From Octopus sinensis (lineage: Eukaryota), in contig NW_021835214.1 of assembly GCF_006345805.1 (NCBI RefSeq), forward strand, positions 1 to 44,040: a stretch of 44,040 nucleotides of DNA, written 5' to 3'. Under the pieces are notes generated by a model. It had not been told where the DNA came from and searched no databases. It worked only from the letters and a program-made list of their open reading frames with translations. The position numbers and the translations under genes are program-made. The first letter of the stretch is position 1. Each line of letters opens with the position of its first letter. Positions 12,354 to 24,295 of this stretch are shown here, one piece after another.

Positions 12354-13059
12354 GTTCTTGCTGATCTTGTTCAGGTTGTTGCTGTTGTTGTTGTTTATGT
12401 TGTTATTGTTCTTGTCACTAAATTAGTGAAACAATTTTGAAAAAATATTTAATTGTTTTTGTTTGTATGAAAATAATGACGTTCTCCGTTGACGGGTTTA
12501 GAAAATTATAGCTTTTTGCGCTGACATTAGTTTTACGAAACACCTTTCCTATAATACCAGCTAATAGCAATTTCTTGTATTCAACCGCGTAATGGCAGCA
12601 GCACCAGCAACAACAGCAGCAGCAGCAGCAGCAGTCGCAGTAGTATTAGCAATAGTAGTAGTAGTAGTTTTATTGGAAAAAATATATACACCCGAACGAT
12701 ATTGCCACCCGTTTATAAAGTTCTCACTCTCCATCTATTTATCCGAATGCCTGTATGTATATATACATTCATATTTATATATATATGCATGCATACAAAG
12801 ATACACACACACATCTAAACATATATGTGTACACATATATACACATATATATTGTATATATATATATATATATATATATAAACATATGTGTATATATACA
12901 TACATCAAGTTATCTATATGATATATACATATATATTGTATTATAATATATATGTATATATACATGTATACATATGTATAAATATAAACACTTACATATA
13001 TATATATATGTGTGTGTATGCATATATATATATATATATATACATATATACATAAATAT

Positions 13060-13497
13060 GTGTGTGTCTGTGTGTGTTTGTGTGTGTGTGTCTGTGTGTC
13101 TGTGTTTGTGTCTGTGTGTCTGTGTGTGTGTGTGTGCATGTGTATGTCTGTGTGTGTGTCTGTGTTTGTGTGTGTGTGTCTGTGTGTGTCTCTCTGTGTA
13201 TGGTGTGTCTGTGTGTGTGGCCTGTGTGTGTGTGTGTATGTGTCTGTGTGTGTGTGTCTGTGTGTGTCTGTGTGTGTGTCTGTGTGTGTCTCTCTGTGTA
13301 TGTGTGTGTGTGTCTGTGTGTGTCTGTGGTGTCTGTGTGTCGTGGTGTGTGTCTGTGTGTGTGTGTGTCTTGTGTGTGTCTCTGTGTATGTGTGTGTGTC
13401 TGTGTGTGTGTCTGTGTGTGTCTGTGTGTGTGTGTGTGTCTGTGTGTGTCTCTCTGTGTATGTGTGTGTGTGTCTGTGTGTGTGTGTTTGTGTGTGT

Positions 13498-13537
<40 letters not shown>

Positions 13538-13545
13538 GTGTTTGC
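13060..13545. repeat. (TG)n/(TCTGTG)n compound repeat
   Basis: Read directly. Confidence 0.95.
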
Positions 13546-13764
13546 ACGCATACGTGAATACGTGTGATTTATTGATTCGTTTCACTTCCAGAAGTTTATA
13601 AATTTTATATTTCAAATACAAAAAGCTGCTCAAAATCGGAGGAGGTGAAGTGAGAGAATGGCTGTGGCCTGTGGTGGGAGGTAAATTTTAAAAAAAGACA
13701 GATGTACACAGGAAGTGGTTTAAGACGTTTATTTAGTTCTAATTGAATTTATTCATTGTAATTA

Positions 13765-13922
13765 GTAGTGTGTCTGTTGTAGTGAATCTTGCTTCCCAAC
13801 CACAAGGTCCCGCGTTCGGTCCCACAGCGTGGCACCTTGTTTGTCTTTCACTGTATCCTTGGTCTGACCAGAGCCGTGCGAGTCGATTTGGAATCTGGTA
13901 GACGGAAACTGAAAAAAACCCG
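13765..13922 (+). mobile_element. SINE family B head, decayed
   Basis: cttgcttcccaaccac...gcgtggcaccttg...tggtagacggaaactgaaa. Confidence 0.65.
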
Positions 13923-13927
13923 TTCTC

Positions 13928-13968
<41 letters not shown>

Positions 13969-14121
13969 GTATATATGTGTGTGTGTGTGTATAAATGTAT
14001 AATATGTATATGTATATGTATAGTTAAGACAAACATGAAAACACAAAGAGAAAACACAACAAGGTGAGGACGTGGAACAAATATAATATTATTGGACGCT
14101 CGGGAAGGAATGGAAGAAGGA

Positions 14122-14162
14122 GGGCTCAACGTTTTCGAGCGGAGCTCTTCGTCAGAAACATA
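14122..14162 (-). ncRNA. Hammerhead ribozyme-like motif (minimal type I, PLE-type) within a repeat at about 14020-14200
   Basis: Minus strand reads auguuu-CUGACGA-A-GAGC(ucc)GCUC-GAAAACGUU-gagc. It has the canonical CUGANGA core, a perfect 4-bp stem II and GAAA (one extra A). Confidence 0.65.
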
Positions 14163-14197
14163 GGAGAAGGAAAGATTCAGTCAAGGGAAGACAGAGG

Positions 14198-14233
<36 letters not shown>

Positions 14234-14244
14234 GCACCCGTTTA

Positions 14245-14365
14245 AAGCCTAGTCAAATGAAGTGTTTTGCTCAAGAACGCAACGCGTCGCCCGGTCCAGG
14301 AGTCGAAACCACACCCTTGAGATCATGATGCTGACACCCTAACCACTAAGCCACTCGCCTCCACA
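14245..14365 (-). mobile_element. tRNA-derived SINE family D head
   Basis: Minus strand tggcttagtggttagg (A box), ggtttcgactcc (B box), then gttcttgagcaaaacactt. Confidence 0.65.
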
Positions 14366-14378
14366 CACACACATATAT

Positions 14379-14430
<52 letters not shown>

Positions 14431-14481
14431 ATATATCTTATATATAATATACATATATATATATTATATATATATATACAT

Positions 14482-14535
<54 letters not shown>

Positions 14536-14543
14536 CTATATAT

Positions 14544-15316
14544 AGCAATAATAATTCTCTAAATGAGATATAGACAGTGACTGCTCCATAATATAGGGAT
14601 ATTAGCCAACCGAATATGGCTAGGGACAGGGCAGGTGGTGGGGGTGTCATGTTGCATTTAGCCCCAGGCGAACATCAACGTCCACCAATAGGCCTGACGC
14701 CATCACGGCGTCCTCTATCTTGCAAAGGGAGATCATTCACCAAGAAGCAGATCCCACACGGACCTAGGTTTCAGGTGTATTGCCTATTATCAACGTGTGG
14801 TAGGCTTCGCTTCTCGATGAACGACCAACTGTGCAAGATATATATAAGGATTTTCAAGTAAATACATTTACTGATTTCGAAAATCTGTTCGACAGCAATA
14901 ATAATTCTCTAAATGAGATATAGACAGTGACTGCTCCATGATATAAGGGATATTAGCCAACCGAATATGTCACTGTCTATATCTCATTTAGAGAATTATT
15001 ATTGCTGTCGAACAGATTTTCGAAATCAGTAAATGTTATTTACTGAAAATCCTTATATATTCTGCACAGTTGGTCGTTCATCGAGAGAAGCGATGCCTAC
15101 CACACGTTGATAATAGGCAATACACCTTGAAACCTAGGTCCGTGTGTGGTATCTGCTTCTTGGTGAATGATCTCCCTTTGCAAGATAGAGGACGCCGTGA
15201 TGGCGTCAGGCTATCTGGTGACGTTGATGTTCGCCTGGGGCTAAATGCAACAGTGACACCCCCACCACCCTGCCCTGTCCCTAGCCATATTCGGTTGGCT
15301 ATATCCCTTATATTAT
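14544..15316. repeat. 351-bp unit with a 75-bp direct terminal repeat plus an inverted copy (A-B-A followed by reverse complement)
   Basis: 14544-14618 is repeated at 14895-14969. Arm 14588-14931 pairs with 14969-15316 across a 37-bp spacer. Flanked by (TA)n on both sides. Confidence 0.95.
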
Positions 15317-15769
15317 TATATATAAATAATATATAATATAATAATATATATATATATAATATATATATATTTCTGTGTGTGCAAGTCCCTTTGGCAGGAA
15401 CTTGGTGCCTTAAGTTTATCGAGAATTTTGAAGTAGTGGAGGAGCCAATATTGAATTCTTCAGAATGAAACATAATCGATGGATGGTCGATATTACTTAT
15501 CAGTCACATCCTGATGATTCTACAAACGACACAAATGCTGTGTTTGAGATCTACGATCAAAAATCCACAAACGAAAACCTCGTTCAAATGGAAAGATTTT
15601 ACGACAAACTTGAAGATTAAACAATTTGAATATCCAGTATATATCTTTTGGAATAAAATGCAACTGCAACAAACTTCCAAATAGAAAATTGTTGATTCGA
15701 ATTCTTAGATTTAAATTCGATCGAAATCAAAATAAGTTTCCTAAAAAATGTCATGCTGTTTTTTTTATG

Positions 15770-16076
15770 CGCCCTTTTCAAGCCTAGCAAGGCTCATGGG
15801 CCCGGTTTCCCGGTTTCTATGGCGCATGTTCCCCCCCCCCGCAGCTGGACGGGGCGCCAGTCCATACCAGCGTTACTCAAGAAACAGGAAGAAAGAGTTA
15901 AAGAAAGTTGGGGCGAAAGAGTACAACAGGGGTCGCCACCACTCCCTGCGCGAACCCTCGTGAAGCTTTAGGTGTTTTCGCTCAATAAACACACAAAACG
16001 CCCGGTCTGGGAATCGAAACCGCGATCCTCCGACTGCGAGTCCGCTACCCTAACCACTGGGTCATTGCGCCTCCAC
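15770..16076 (-). mobile_element. SINE family C head with a V-domain-like body
   Basis: Head as in 42810-42883. The minus-strand body atggactggcgccccgtccag...gaaaccgggaaaccgggcccatgagcc resembles the V-SINE central domain as I recall it. Confidence 0.7.
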
Positions 16077-17377
16077 CATGTTTATTATAGTGAAACATAT
16101 ACACTTAAAATTATTGTGAATGTGAGAAACAGTTGGTATACTGGTTTCATATTTTGGCACAATTTCGGGAGAGGGGGTTAGGGTGCTCAACTGGCACTTA
16201 TTTTGTAAACCCCGGAAGAATGGAAGGCAAAGTAACCTTGTCGGAAATTGAACACACAACGTCGTTAACCAGTTACAAGAGATGTCTTCTTCGGTTTAAA
16301 AGAATCGCAGTAGAGTCTGCTCGATAGGACAGCCATGTTAAAGTGGCTATGAATTTTACGTGTGTGTGTGTGTCTGTGTGTCTGTGTGTGTGTGTGTGTG
16401 TGTCGTGTGCGTGTGCATGCGTATTTGAGTGTGTGTGTATATGTGTGTCAGGACTGAAACACATAAAAGAATAAAAGACCGACCATGTATATATGTGTAT
16501 ATATATATATATATATATAAATATACATATACATATACATATATATGTACATATATATGTGCATATACATATACATACATATATACACATACATATATAT
16601 ATATATACATATATATATCCATATATATATATACATGTACATATAGCTATACATACACACACTCACACGTATATAGATACAGATATACATACATATATGA
16701 CATATAAATAAATGAATGTGTGTGTATGTGTGTGTGTGTCAATTGGCAGTATTTCGAAGTAAAGATGAGCAATAAACTTTTAATAAATTCAAATGTTTAT
16801 GGGTAAAATGTCCAGGTACGAAATGGTGTTTGCTGCAATCAACAACGGAGAAAGAAGTTTCACTCACAGGGAAAAAGTGTATATACAGTATTAGCTTCTT
16901 TAATTACACCAGATTTCCATTTCTGGTCCGATCCTTCGTCGTCTTCAATATAAATAAGAATTTTTTTGTAGTGAAATTGCCTTTTGAAGACGAAATATGT
17001 TGCAAACACATTTGAACGATCTTACCTTCTGTTTGTATTTTTTTTTCTTCTTATGTTCGCTGCTTCTTTTAGTCCAAATGAATAATTAGGAATTATTGAT
17101 TTCCTAGAAACTTGAGTCTTTATGTCAGCTCAGATTTACCTCCCTTTGTTATCCCCTACCGATGACGACAAAATAGTCAGAAATCTAGATCAACGAAAAA
17201 TTGTGTGAAATCGACTTTAGAATAGGAAATTATGTCCCAAATATATTTGCGCTAAATGGTATGTGTTTGTTAGTGTGTGTGTGTGTTATAATATATGTAT
17301 TTAGGTGTGTTTGTATTGATAGATAGATACTGCATATATCTCTGTATACATAACACGTGTGTCTTTTTCTCTGTATA

Positions 17378-17418
<41 letters not shown>

Positions 17419-17436
17419 TATTATTATATATAAGGC

Positions 17437-17480
<44 letters not shown>

Positions 17481-17482
<2 letters not shown>

Positions 17483-17890
17483 GGCGTATGAGTGGCTGTG
17501 TGGTAAGTACTTGCTTACCAACCACATGGCTCCGGGTTCAGTCCCACTGCGTGGCATCTTGGGCAAGTGTCTTCCATTATAGCCTTGGGCCGACCAAAGC
17601 CTTGTGAGTGGATTTGGTAGACGGAAACTGAAAGAAGCCCGTCGTATATTTGCATATATATATGTGTGTCTATATGTTTGTGTGTCCTCCGTGTTTGTCC
17701 CCCCAACATTGTTTGACAACCGATGCTTGTGTGTTTACGTCCCCGTAACATAGCGATTCGGCAAAAGAGAACGATAGAAAACGCACTAGGCTTACAAAGA
17801 ATAAATTATGGGGTCGATTTGCTCGACTAAAGGCGGTGCTCCAGCATGGCCACAGCCAAATGACTGAAACAAGTAAGAGAGTAAAGAGTA
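17481..17890 (+). mobile_element. SINE family B, full length (CORE-SINE-like)
   Basis: A box tggctgtgtggt, B box gggttcagtcc, CORE-like catcttgggcaagtgtctt, internal (TA/TG)n, and a 3' module ending in gtaagagagtaaagagtaagag. Confidence 0.9.
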
Positions 17891-17894
17891 AGAG

Positions 17895-17927
<33 letters not shown>

Positions 17928-18667
17928 ACAACGAAAAAGACAGGACGACCATACATCAGTCAGTGACTCAATATCCACAATAGATGCTTGTATATACACA
18001 AGCATCTCTAGGTGTGTCCGCGCCCATCTGTTTCTGAGTTAGTAGTCCAACATCTGTGGGAGTTGGACGTCGACGGGATTTCCAGAATAAAGCATTACGC
18101 AATTACATAAGTAAAGCGCGATAGGGTTTCAAAGCCGAGGTCGAAAACCCCTTGCGGGACTTAATAAATAACGTTATTCTAGAAAATATTATTTTCGTCT
18201 GGCATTTCACCTCAAACAAGCCAAAGACACTCGTGTAGTTGGTATGTTTGTTTATGAAGTCTGTGTAAGAATATTCTAGTGTCTATATCTAGAGACACTA
18301 AAATTCACCGTCAAATTCGTCGTCAATAAACGCTCCTGCATCGAGCTAACCTCAAACAATAAATGTCGTACTTTAATCCACTTAGCAATCGTATTTATGT
18401 TAACTTGTATTGACATATATCGTGCTATTACTGTAACAGCAATGAAAATCTCCCTATATTTTTATTCAGAAACTATGCTCACACATAGAAGAACGAGTAT
18501 TTACGTCATCTTGGCCCCTAGACCAGTATAACTGCGCAATTTTTACTATCTAGTTTCGACTGTGTTTTTCTGAGGTCTTTCGCATCTACTATCATCGTTC
18601 GTACGGAGTTAGGTTCAATAAAGCAAAAGGAGGAGATCGATATAAATGAATCGCTGATAAATGGATC

Positions 18668-18835
18668 ACCAGGCGTGGCTCTGTGGTAAGATATTTGCTT
18701 TCACGACCGCTTGATTCCGGGTTCTGTCCCACTGCGCGGCACCTTAGGCGGATGCCTTTCACTGTAAGCTAGGCCCGATCAAAAACATGTGAGTGGATTT
18801 GGTGAACGGAAACTGAAAGAACACCGTCGTATATA
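18668..18835 (+). mobile_element. SINE family B head, decayed
   Basis: ggcgtggctctgtggtaag...gggttctgtcccactgcgcggcacctt...gaaactgaaagaa. Confidence 0.7.
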
Positions 18836-18848
18836 TTCATATATACAT

Positions 18849-18888
<40 letters not shown>

Positions 18889-18959
18889 TATATATACAAA
18901 CATACATACACACACACACAAATATATATATATGTATATTTTGAACACGATTTTGTCCC

Positions 18960-19300
18960 AACCAAGGCTTGAGGTTACTGTAGCGTAAGGGGTTACAACC
19001 AAGGAAAAGGAGGGTCTCGAATATTCAAAAAATGTCAATTTGGAGAAAGATTAAGGGACTGAATATCATAGTCCACAAGAAAACAAGAATTGGTAGTGAG
19101 TTCCAGCGAGCAGCGGTTCGAAGAAAGAAGCTGTTAGACTAAAAATGCTTACGGCTATCAAGAAGCTCAACAGAGAGGTGATATGACTGGGGAGGGAACT
19201 GAGGAACGAACACATTTAAAAGGACTGACAGGAACAACTAGACAAAAGTCCATCTGGGCAATGACCAGGGGGAAAATAATGAGAAAGAAACAATAAACAT
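18960..19300 (-). mobile_element. Decayed CR1-group LINE 3' end
   Basis: Minus-strand translation gives GHCPDGL and, after a frameshift, SNSFFLRTAARWNSLPILVF. This resembles the SFF.RT..LWNSLP C-terminal motif of CR1/L2/Jockey-group ORF2. Confidence 0.55.
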
Positions 19301-19473
19301 CCATTTCTCCCTAGTAGAAAGAAGAGGACCCAGCATGTAAACAGGTCGATTGTAAATTCGACCAAGCAAGTTTAGACAATTAGGGAGCGCAGCGGCTTAA
19401 GGATTTTTGTCAATACACAATACGAGTTCATATCGTGGCCTTACAGGGATAGAAGATCTTCTCAGGTGTACGA

Positions 19474-19707
19474 AAGGCGGCGAGCTGTCAGAGACGTTAG
19501 CACGCCGGGCGAAATGCTTAGTGGTATTTCATCTGCTGTTACCTTCTGAGTTCAAATTCCGCCGAAGTCGACTTTGCCTTTCATCCTTTCGGGGTCGATT
19601 AAATAAGTACCAGTTACGCAATGGGGTCGATAAAATGGACTTAATCCGTTTGTCTGTCCTTGTTTGACCACTCTGTGTTTAGCCCCTTGTGGGTAGTAAA
19701 GAAATAA
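19474..19707 (+). mobile_element. SINE family A, full length
   Basis: Matches 23911-24144 end to end. Confidence 0.9.
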
Positions 19708-20371
19708 GTCTACGAAATTCGCGCGCACCGAAGATAGGTCTAATGCAGTGTAATATAGACATAGCCTAAGACGATTTTATTCTAGATTCAACACATTTTT
19801 CATTCGAGGTTTTCCACGTGATCAGTGGACAAAAGAAAAAAATGTAAAACTAAGCTAGACTCGGTAAGATTCGAACTTAGAAGTGAGAGGATGAAGGTAA
19901 GTAGCGAAAACTAATTTACCTCAATAATGTTGAGCCCAGCAAAACATTTCTTCCATACGACAGCAACTTCTATTTAATTCAATGCGACGTTGAAGATTAG
20001 ATTTAACATCAGCAGGATTAAGTTTAGCAGGTATGAATTTTTCAAGGGGTCAGCTTCGGTCCCAACATATATACCACCATGCTTCTTAATTGGTCAATTA
20101 TATTACACAACGGTAAGGAGAGGTAATCAGAGGGGAAAACTACCTTAAGTTTTTTACTTCTTTCATTCATTGGAGTACAGCCGACTAGTGTACCATCTTT
20201 AAGGGCTTCGTCAAGCAAATCGACCCAGTACTTGTCTGGTACTTAATCTATCGGTGTCTTTGACGAAATGCTATGTCACAGGGATATAAAGAAACCAACA
20301 CCGGTTATCAAGTGGTGGTGCGCAGAGAAATACAAACAGAAATTCACGCATACACGTGTACACGCGCACGC

Positions 20372-20408
<37 letters not shown>

Positions 20409-20424
20409 CGCACACATGTATATC

Positions 20425-20930
20425 TGCCCAGTGGTTAGGACAGCGGACGCGCGGTCGTAGGATCGCAGTTTCGATTCTCAGACCGGGCATTGTGAGTGTT
20501 TATTGAACGAAAACACCTAAAGCTCCACGAATCTCCGGCAGCGGGGGAGGGGGTGAACCCTGCTGTAATCTTTCACCGCAAATTTCTCTCACTCTTTCTT
20601 CCTGTTTCTGTTGTACCTGTATTTCAAAGGGTCAGCCTTGTTACACTCTGTCTCACGCTGAAATTTCTCCGAGAACTACGTTAAGGGTACACGTAGCTGT
20701 GGAGTGCTCAGCTACTTGCACGTTAATAAATGAGCTGCGACGTCACTGGTGCCAAGCCATATCGGCTCCTTTGCCTTTCCCTTGGATAACATCGGTTGCG
20801 TTGAGAAGGGAGACCGGTATGCATGGGCAACTGCTGGTCTTCCATAAACAACCTTACCCAGACTTGTACCTCAGGGGGTAACATTCTAGGTGCAATCCCA
20901 CGGTCACTCATGACCGAAGGGGGTCACAAG
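20425..20930 (+). mobile_element. SINE family C with an extended, different 3' tail
   Basis: 20425-20725 matches the reverse complement of 42570-42875. 20730-20930 is an unrelated tail. Confidence 0.8.
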
Positions 20931-21081
20931 ATATATATATATTTATATAAATTAAATTAGAGATAAAACCACTATTAGGCAACTCAAACAGCGATAGACA
21001 TAAATAACAAAAAATATAAGTTTGGATATACTCCCTAATATTATTATATATATATATGTATGTGTGTGTGTGTGTGTGTGT

Positions 21082-21130
<49 letters not shown>

Positions 21131-21143
21131 GTAATATGGGGAA

Positions 21144-21275
21144 AATTATTCGGTAGCCAAGATAAAACTCTGAGTCTCGGATGCCGAGGTGGAAATCCAC
21201 ACCGCCATCTCTTCAGCTATCCGGCCATCGGAAAAATGTTATCTTTTAAGAGTTTTATCTTGGCTACCGAATAAT
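21144..21275 (-). ncRNA. Degenerate hammerhead-like core bracketed by a perfect 28-bp inverted repeat (PLE pseudo-LTR-like)
   Basis: Inverted repeat at 21144-21171 and 21248-21275. Minus strand 21215-21173 reads CUGAAGA-GAUGGCGUGUGG(AUUU)CCACCUCGGCAUC-CGAGAC, with GAAA changed to GAGA. Confidence 0.5.
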
Positions 21276-21371
21276 TGTCACATATTACATTTACAGATAA
21301 ATTCCTCTATTTACATAATATCGAGGTCTCCTTCTTTCTTTTGTTATCTTACCGTTTTTACCAATACATAT

Positions 21372-21402
<31 letters not shown>

Positions 21403-21497
21403 TTTAGTCAATTTAGGGTAGCAAAAAAATTCAATAGAAATTTATCGCAACCAGCGGCCTGGTGAAAAAGAGAATAGTTCATCGACTAAATATATAA

Positions 21498-21769
21498 ATA
21501 TAACGATTTAGGAGTGACCTCAACAGGTCACTCGTCCACCAGAAAGAGCCCCATAACTCACACCGCCAAGTAATATTAATTCAGAAATTAGGTGAAAATT
21601 TAAAAATCATTACCCTAATTCATCTTTTAGACGTTGCAACGTCTAAAAGATGAATTAGGGTAAATGTTTTTAAATTTTCACCTAATTTCTGAATTAATAT
21701 TACTTGGTGGTGTGATTATGGCTGCTCTTTCTGGTGGACGAGTGACCGTGGGGGGTCACTCCTAAATCG

Positions 21770-21775
<6 letters not shown>
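21498..21775. repeat. Zero-spacer palindrome with 139-bp arms
   Basis: Centre ttttagacgttg|caacgtctaaaa at 21636/21637. The arms differ at only a few positions. Confidence 0.95.
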
Positions 21776-21806
<31 letters not shown>

Positions 21807-21959
21807 GTTACCGGTTTCCGAAATTCCCTCAGAAGTTATCGGTTGGCTCGAAGATATAGAAAGAAACGGTTGCCCAAGTTGGTGCGCTGTGAAACTGAAC
21901 ACAAAGCAAGGTGTTTGCAGAGCAAGCTTCTTAACCTAACTGTTATATCTGCACCTAAG

Positions 21960-23330
21960 TGAAGAAGTGAATTCTGTCGCGTTTACGGATGATTTAAAGC
22001 TTCTTTATAGCAAAGACAAGAACCAGCTGGATACCTTAGTGAAAACGATAATACGATTATTAACGACATTGCGATGACTTTCGAAATCGAGAAATGTGTT
22101 ATGATAGTGGTGAAGAACGAGAATCTCATAAATCCTACCGGAATAGATCTATCCTAATGATGAGAATATAAAATTATTAAACGTAGAAGAAACATAAATA
22201 TCTGGAGATATACGGGAGAGCGACAAAATCAAGAGCGTAGAGATGAAAGAATGTCTGAATACAAAATATATTTGTGCAGACATTTTAAAATCCGAATTGA
22301 ATGCGTGAAACATTACATATGCAATCAGCCTCGGGATAAAATCACTAATACTTTTAAGATTATCTCTAGAGATTTTCTGGAAAATTTTTATCGCTTGCAC
22401 TGAAAGTTACAGTGATTCGTTTACGAATGAGTCCATGTAAACAGAGTAATCGAAGATAGAAAATTTGGTAATGAGTGTATATGCATATTTCGGGAGTTAT
22501 TATTGTTTCTTCAGTACTGCATCTACTTAATAGCCACTGACTTTAGTTGTGTAACACTATTGGCTGAACCAGTTTACATATTAAATACACCCCTGTCCAC
22601 TGGTATTTACATATTGATTTTTATTTTTGTTAGAAGGCCTCCAAGTTCAGGGGAGGGGGCAGGTCACTTATATCGACCCCATTGCTCATCTGGTGCATAC
22701 TATATAGGCGGGATTTGAACTCCAAACGTAATTTCTATGTTACTAATTACTGGTAGAGACACCGTCTTTCGCTTTGCAACCACAAAATGCTACCATATAT
22801 TTGGTTATATATTACGGTTGCAAAACTACATACTGCGTTCCTACCAGCAATTAATATCACTAATAAGATACAACAATTAATATCTACCAGCAATTAATAT
22901 CACTAATAAGATACAGGACAGAGAATATTATTGAATGGAGAAAGCGTGAGTCGGAGAACAACGACGGGAAGAACCGGAAGCAGTTTTCAATGTAGAGAGA
23001 CATGCATATAACCGCAGATGTGCATCGATGAGATTGCAGCACAAGAGAAGACAAGACTTGGTTCCAGTCTAGAAGTGAAGCAGAGAATATTCCTGAAAGG
23101 ATTTTATAAGTGAAGTGACTATTTACAGAGTGTGAAGAAGAAAGAAAGCTGGAAATTAAGAATAGAAGAAAAAATAAAAATTTGAAGGATAGAAGTCTCG
23201 CTCGGTGGTTTTCAAAATCGCAAAGAAATAAAATGGATGAGACGGAATTCTGGCTTTGAATTAAAAAAAGGAGTCTTGAAGAAAGAGACCGGAGGAATGA
23301 TCTTGGGACCAAAAAAAAATGCCAGGAAAA
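21960..23330 (+). pseudogene. Decayed R4/Dong-clade non-LTR retrotransposon RT region, interrupted by about 500 bp of insertions at 22400-22920
   Basis: Frameshifted translation gives FTDDLKL, IAMTFEIEKCVMIVVK, ILKSELNA, then IIEWRKRE...KNRKQFSM*RDMHITADVHR and LKKETGGMILG. These match in order the R4/Dong motifs MDDLKL, GMEFG..KCA, W...EL..LDRKTRK...MH...DVDR and LK.ETEG.I.A. Confidence 0.75.
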
Positions 23331-23367
23331 CTGGGAATCGATGTAGCGTAGAAGACATGTTTATTAT

Positions 23368-23535
23368 ATTTCGTTTTTGGATCTGGTTTGCAAGATTCTT
23401 TCAAGACTATTGAAAAGGTTGCAAAGACGCAACGAAAATTTTAGGAAAATAAAAATAAGAAATAAGTGGAAATTTTACCGGTGAGTGTGTTAAATAATAA
23501 GACACCAAAAGAAAATGATTCTCCCCAGACACAAC
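23368..23535. repeat. Non-palindromic copy of the 5.4-kb repeat
   Basis: 23401-23535 matches 5516-5648, and 23371-23397 is the reverse complement of 5682-5708. Confidence 0.85.
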
Positions 23536-23856
23536 AGAAAGTGTTTATTATGTTTCGTGAGAATTTATCTGGAAGCACATTATACAAAGTAAGAATAGAT
23601 ACGAAAAGAGAGAACGAGTACCAGTTGTGAACTGGGGACGATGTAATCGACTTAAGTCCTTCCTCCAAAACCGTTGTTCTTTTACCAACATTTGAAACCA
23701 TCTTGAAAAGTTTTAAAGCCGCCAACCCGCAGAAATATCAGCGCAACGGACAAAGTATTCAGTGACACCTCTTCCAGTTCTACGTTCTATTCACTTACTG
23801 TCGTTAACTCTATTACAAAACTATATATGTTACATATATATATATATATATATATA

Positions 23857-23907
<51 letters not shown>

Positions 23908-23910
23908 ATT

Positions 23911-24144
23911 TAAGGCGGCGAGCTGGCAGAAACGTTAGCGCGCCGGGCGAAATGCTTGGCGGTATTTCGTCTGCCGCTACGTTCTGAGTTCAAATTCCGC
24001 CGAGATCGACTTTGCCTTTCATCCTTTCGGAGTCGATAAATTAAGTACCAGTTACGCACCGGGGTTGATGTAATCGACTTAATCCATGTGTCCGTCCTTG
24101 TTTGTCCCTTCTGTGTTTAGCCCCTTGTGGGTAGTAAAGAAATA
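23911..24144 (+). mobile_element. SINE family A, full length, low divergence
   Basis: aaggcggcgagctggcagaaacgttag (A box), gagttcaaattcc (B box), body gcctttcatcctttcggagtcgataaattaagtaccagtt, and 3' end gtgggtagtaaagaaata. Confidence 0.92.
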
Positions 24145-24295
24145 TATATATGTTACATATTTATTTATATGTACATACTGCAGTGGTTTCAAGAACCGGT
24201 TAATCTCTAAAATATAATAACCATTATAACAATCCACATAACAGGCATTTATTGAACAGTTGAGACCATTGTGCTATTTCGTTTTAATTGACATG

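Noticed and set aside
15455-15620. Short frame MKHNRWMVDITYQSHPDDSTNDTNAVFEIYDQKSTNENLVQMERFYDKLED
   Set aside because: About 51 aa, no recognisable motif and no splice support.
16870-17160. Minus-strand GITKGGKS (Walker A-like) and KKILIYIEDDEG, suggestive of a D5/SF3 helicase fossil
   Set aside because: There are multiple stops, the two motifs are in different frames, the spacing is too long, and a GxxxxGKS is expected by chance in six frames of 44 kb.
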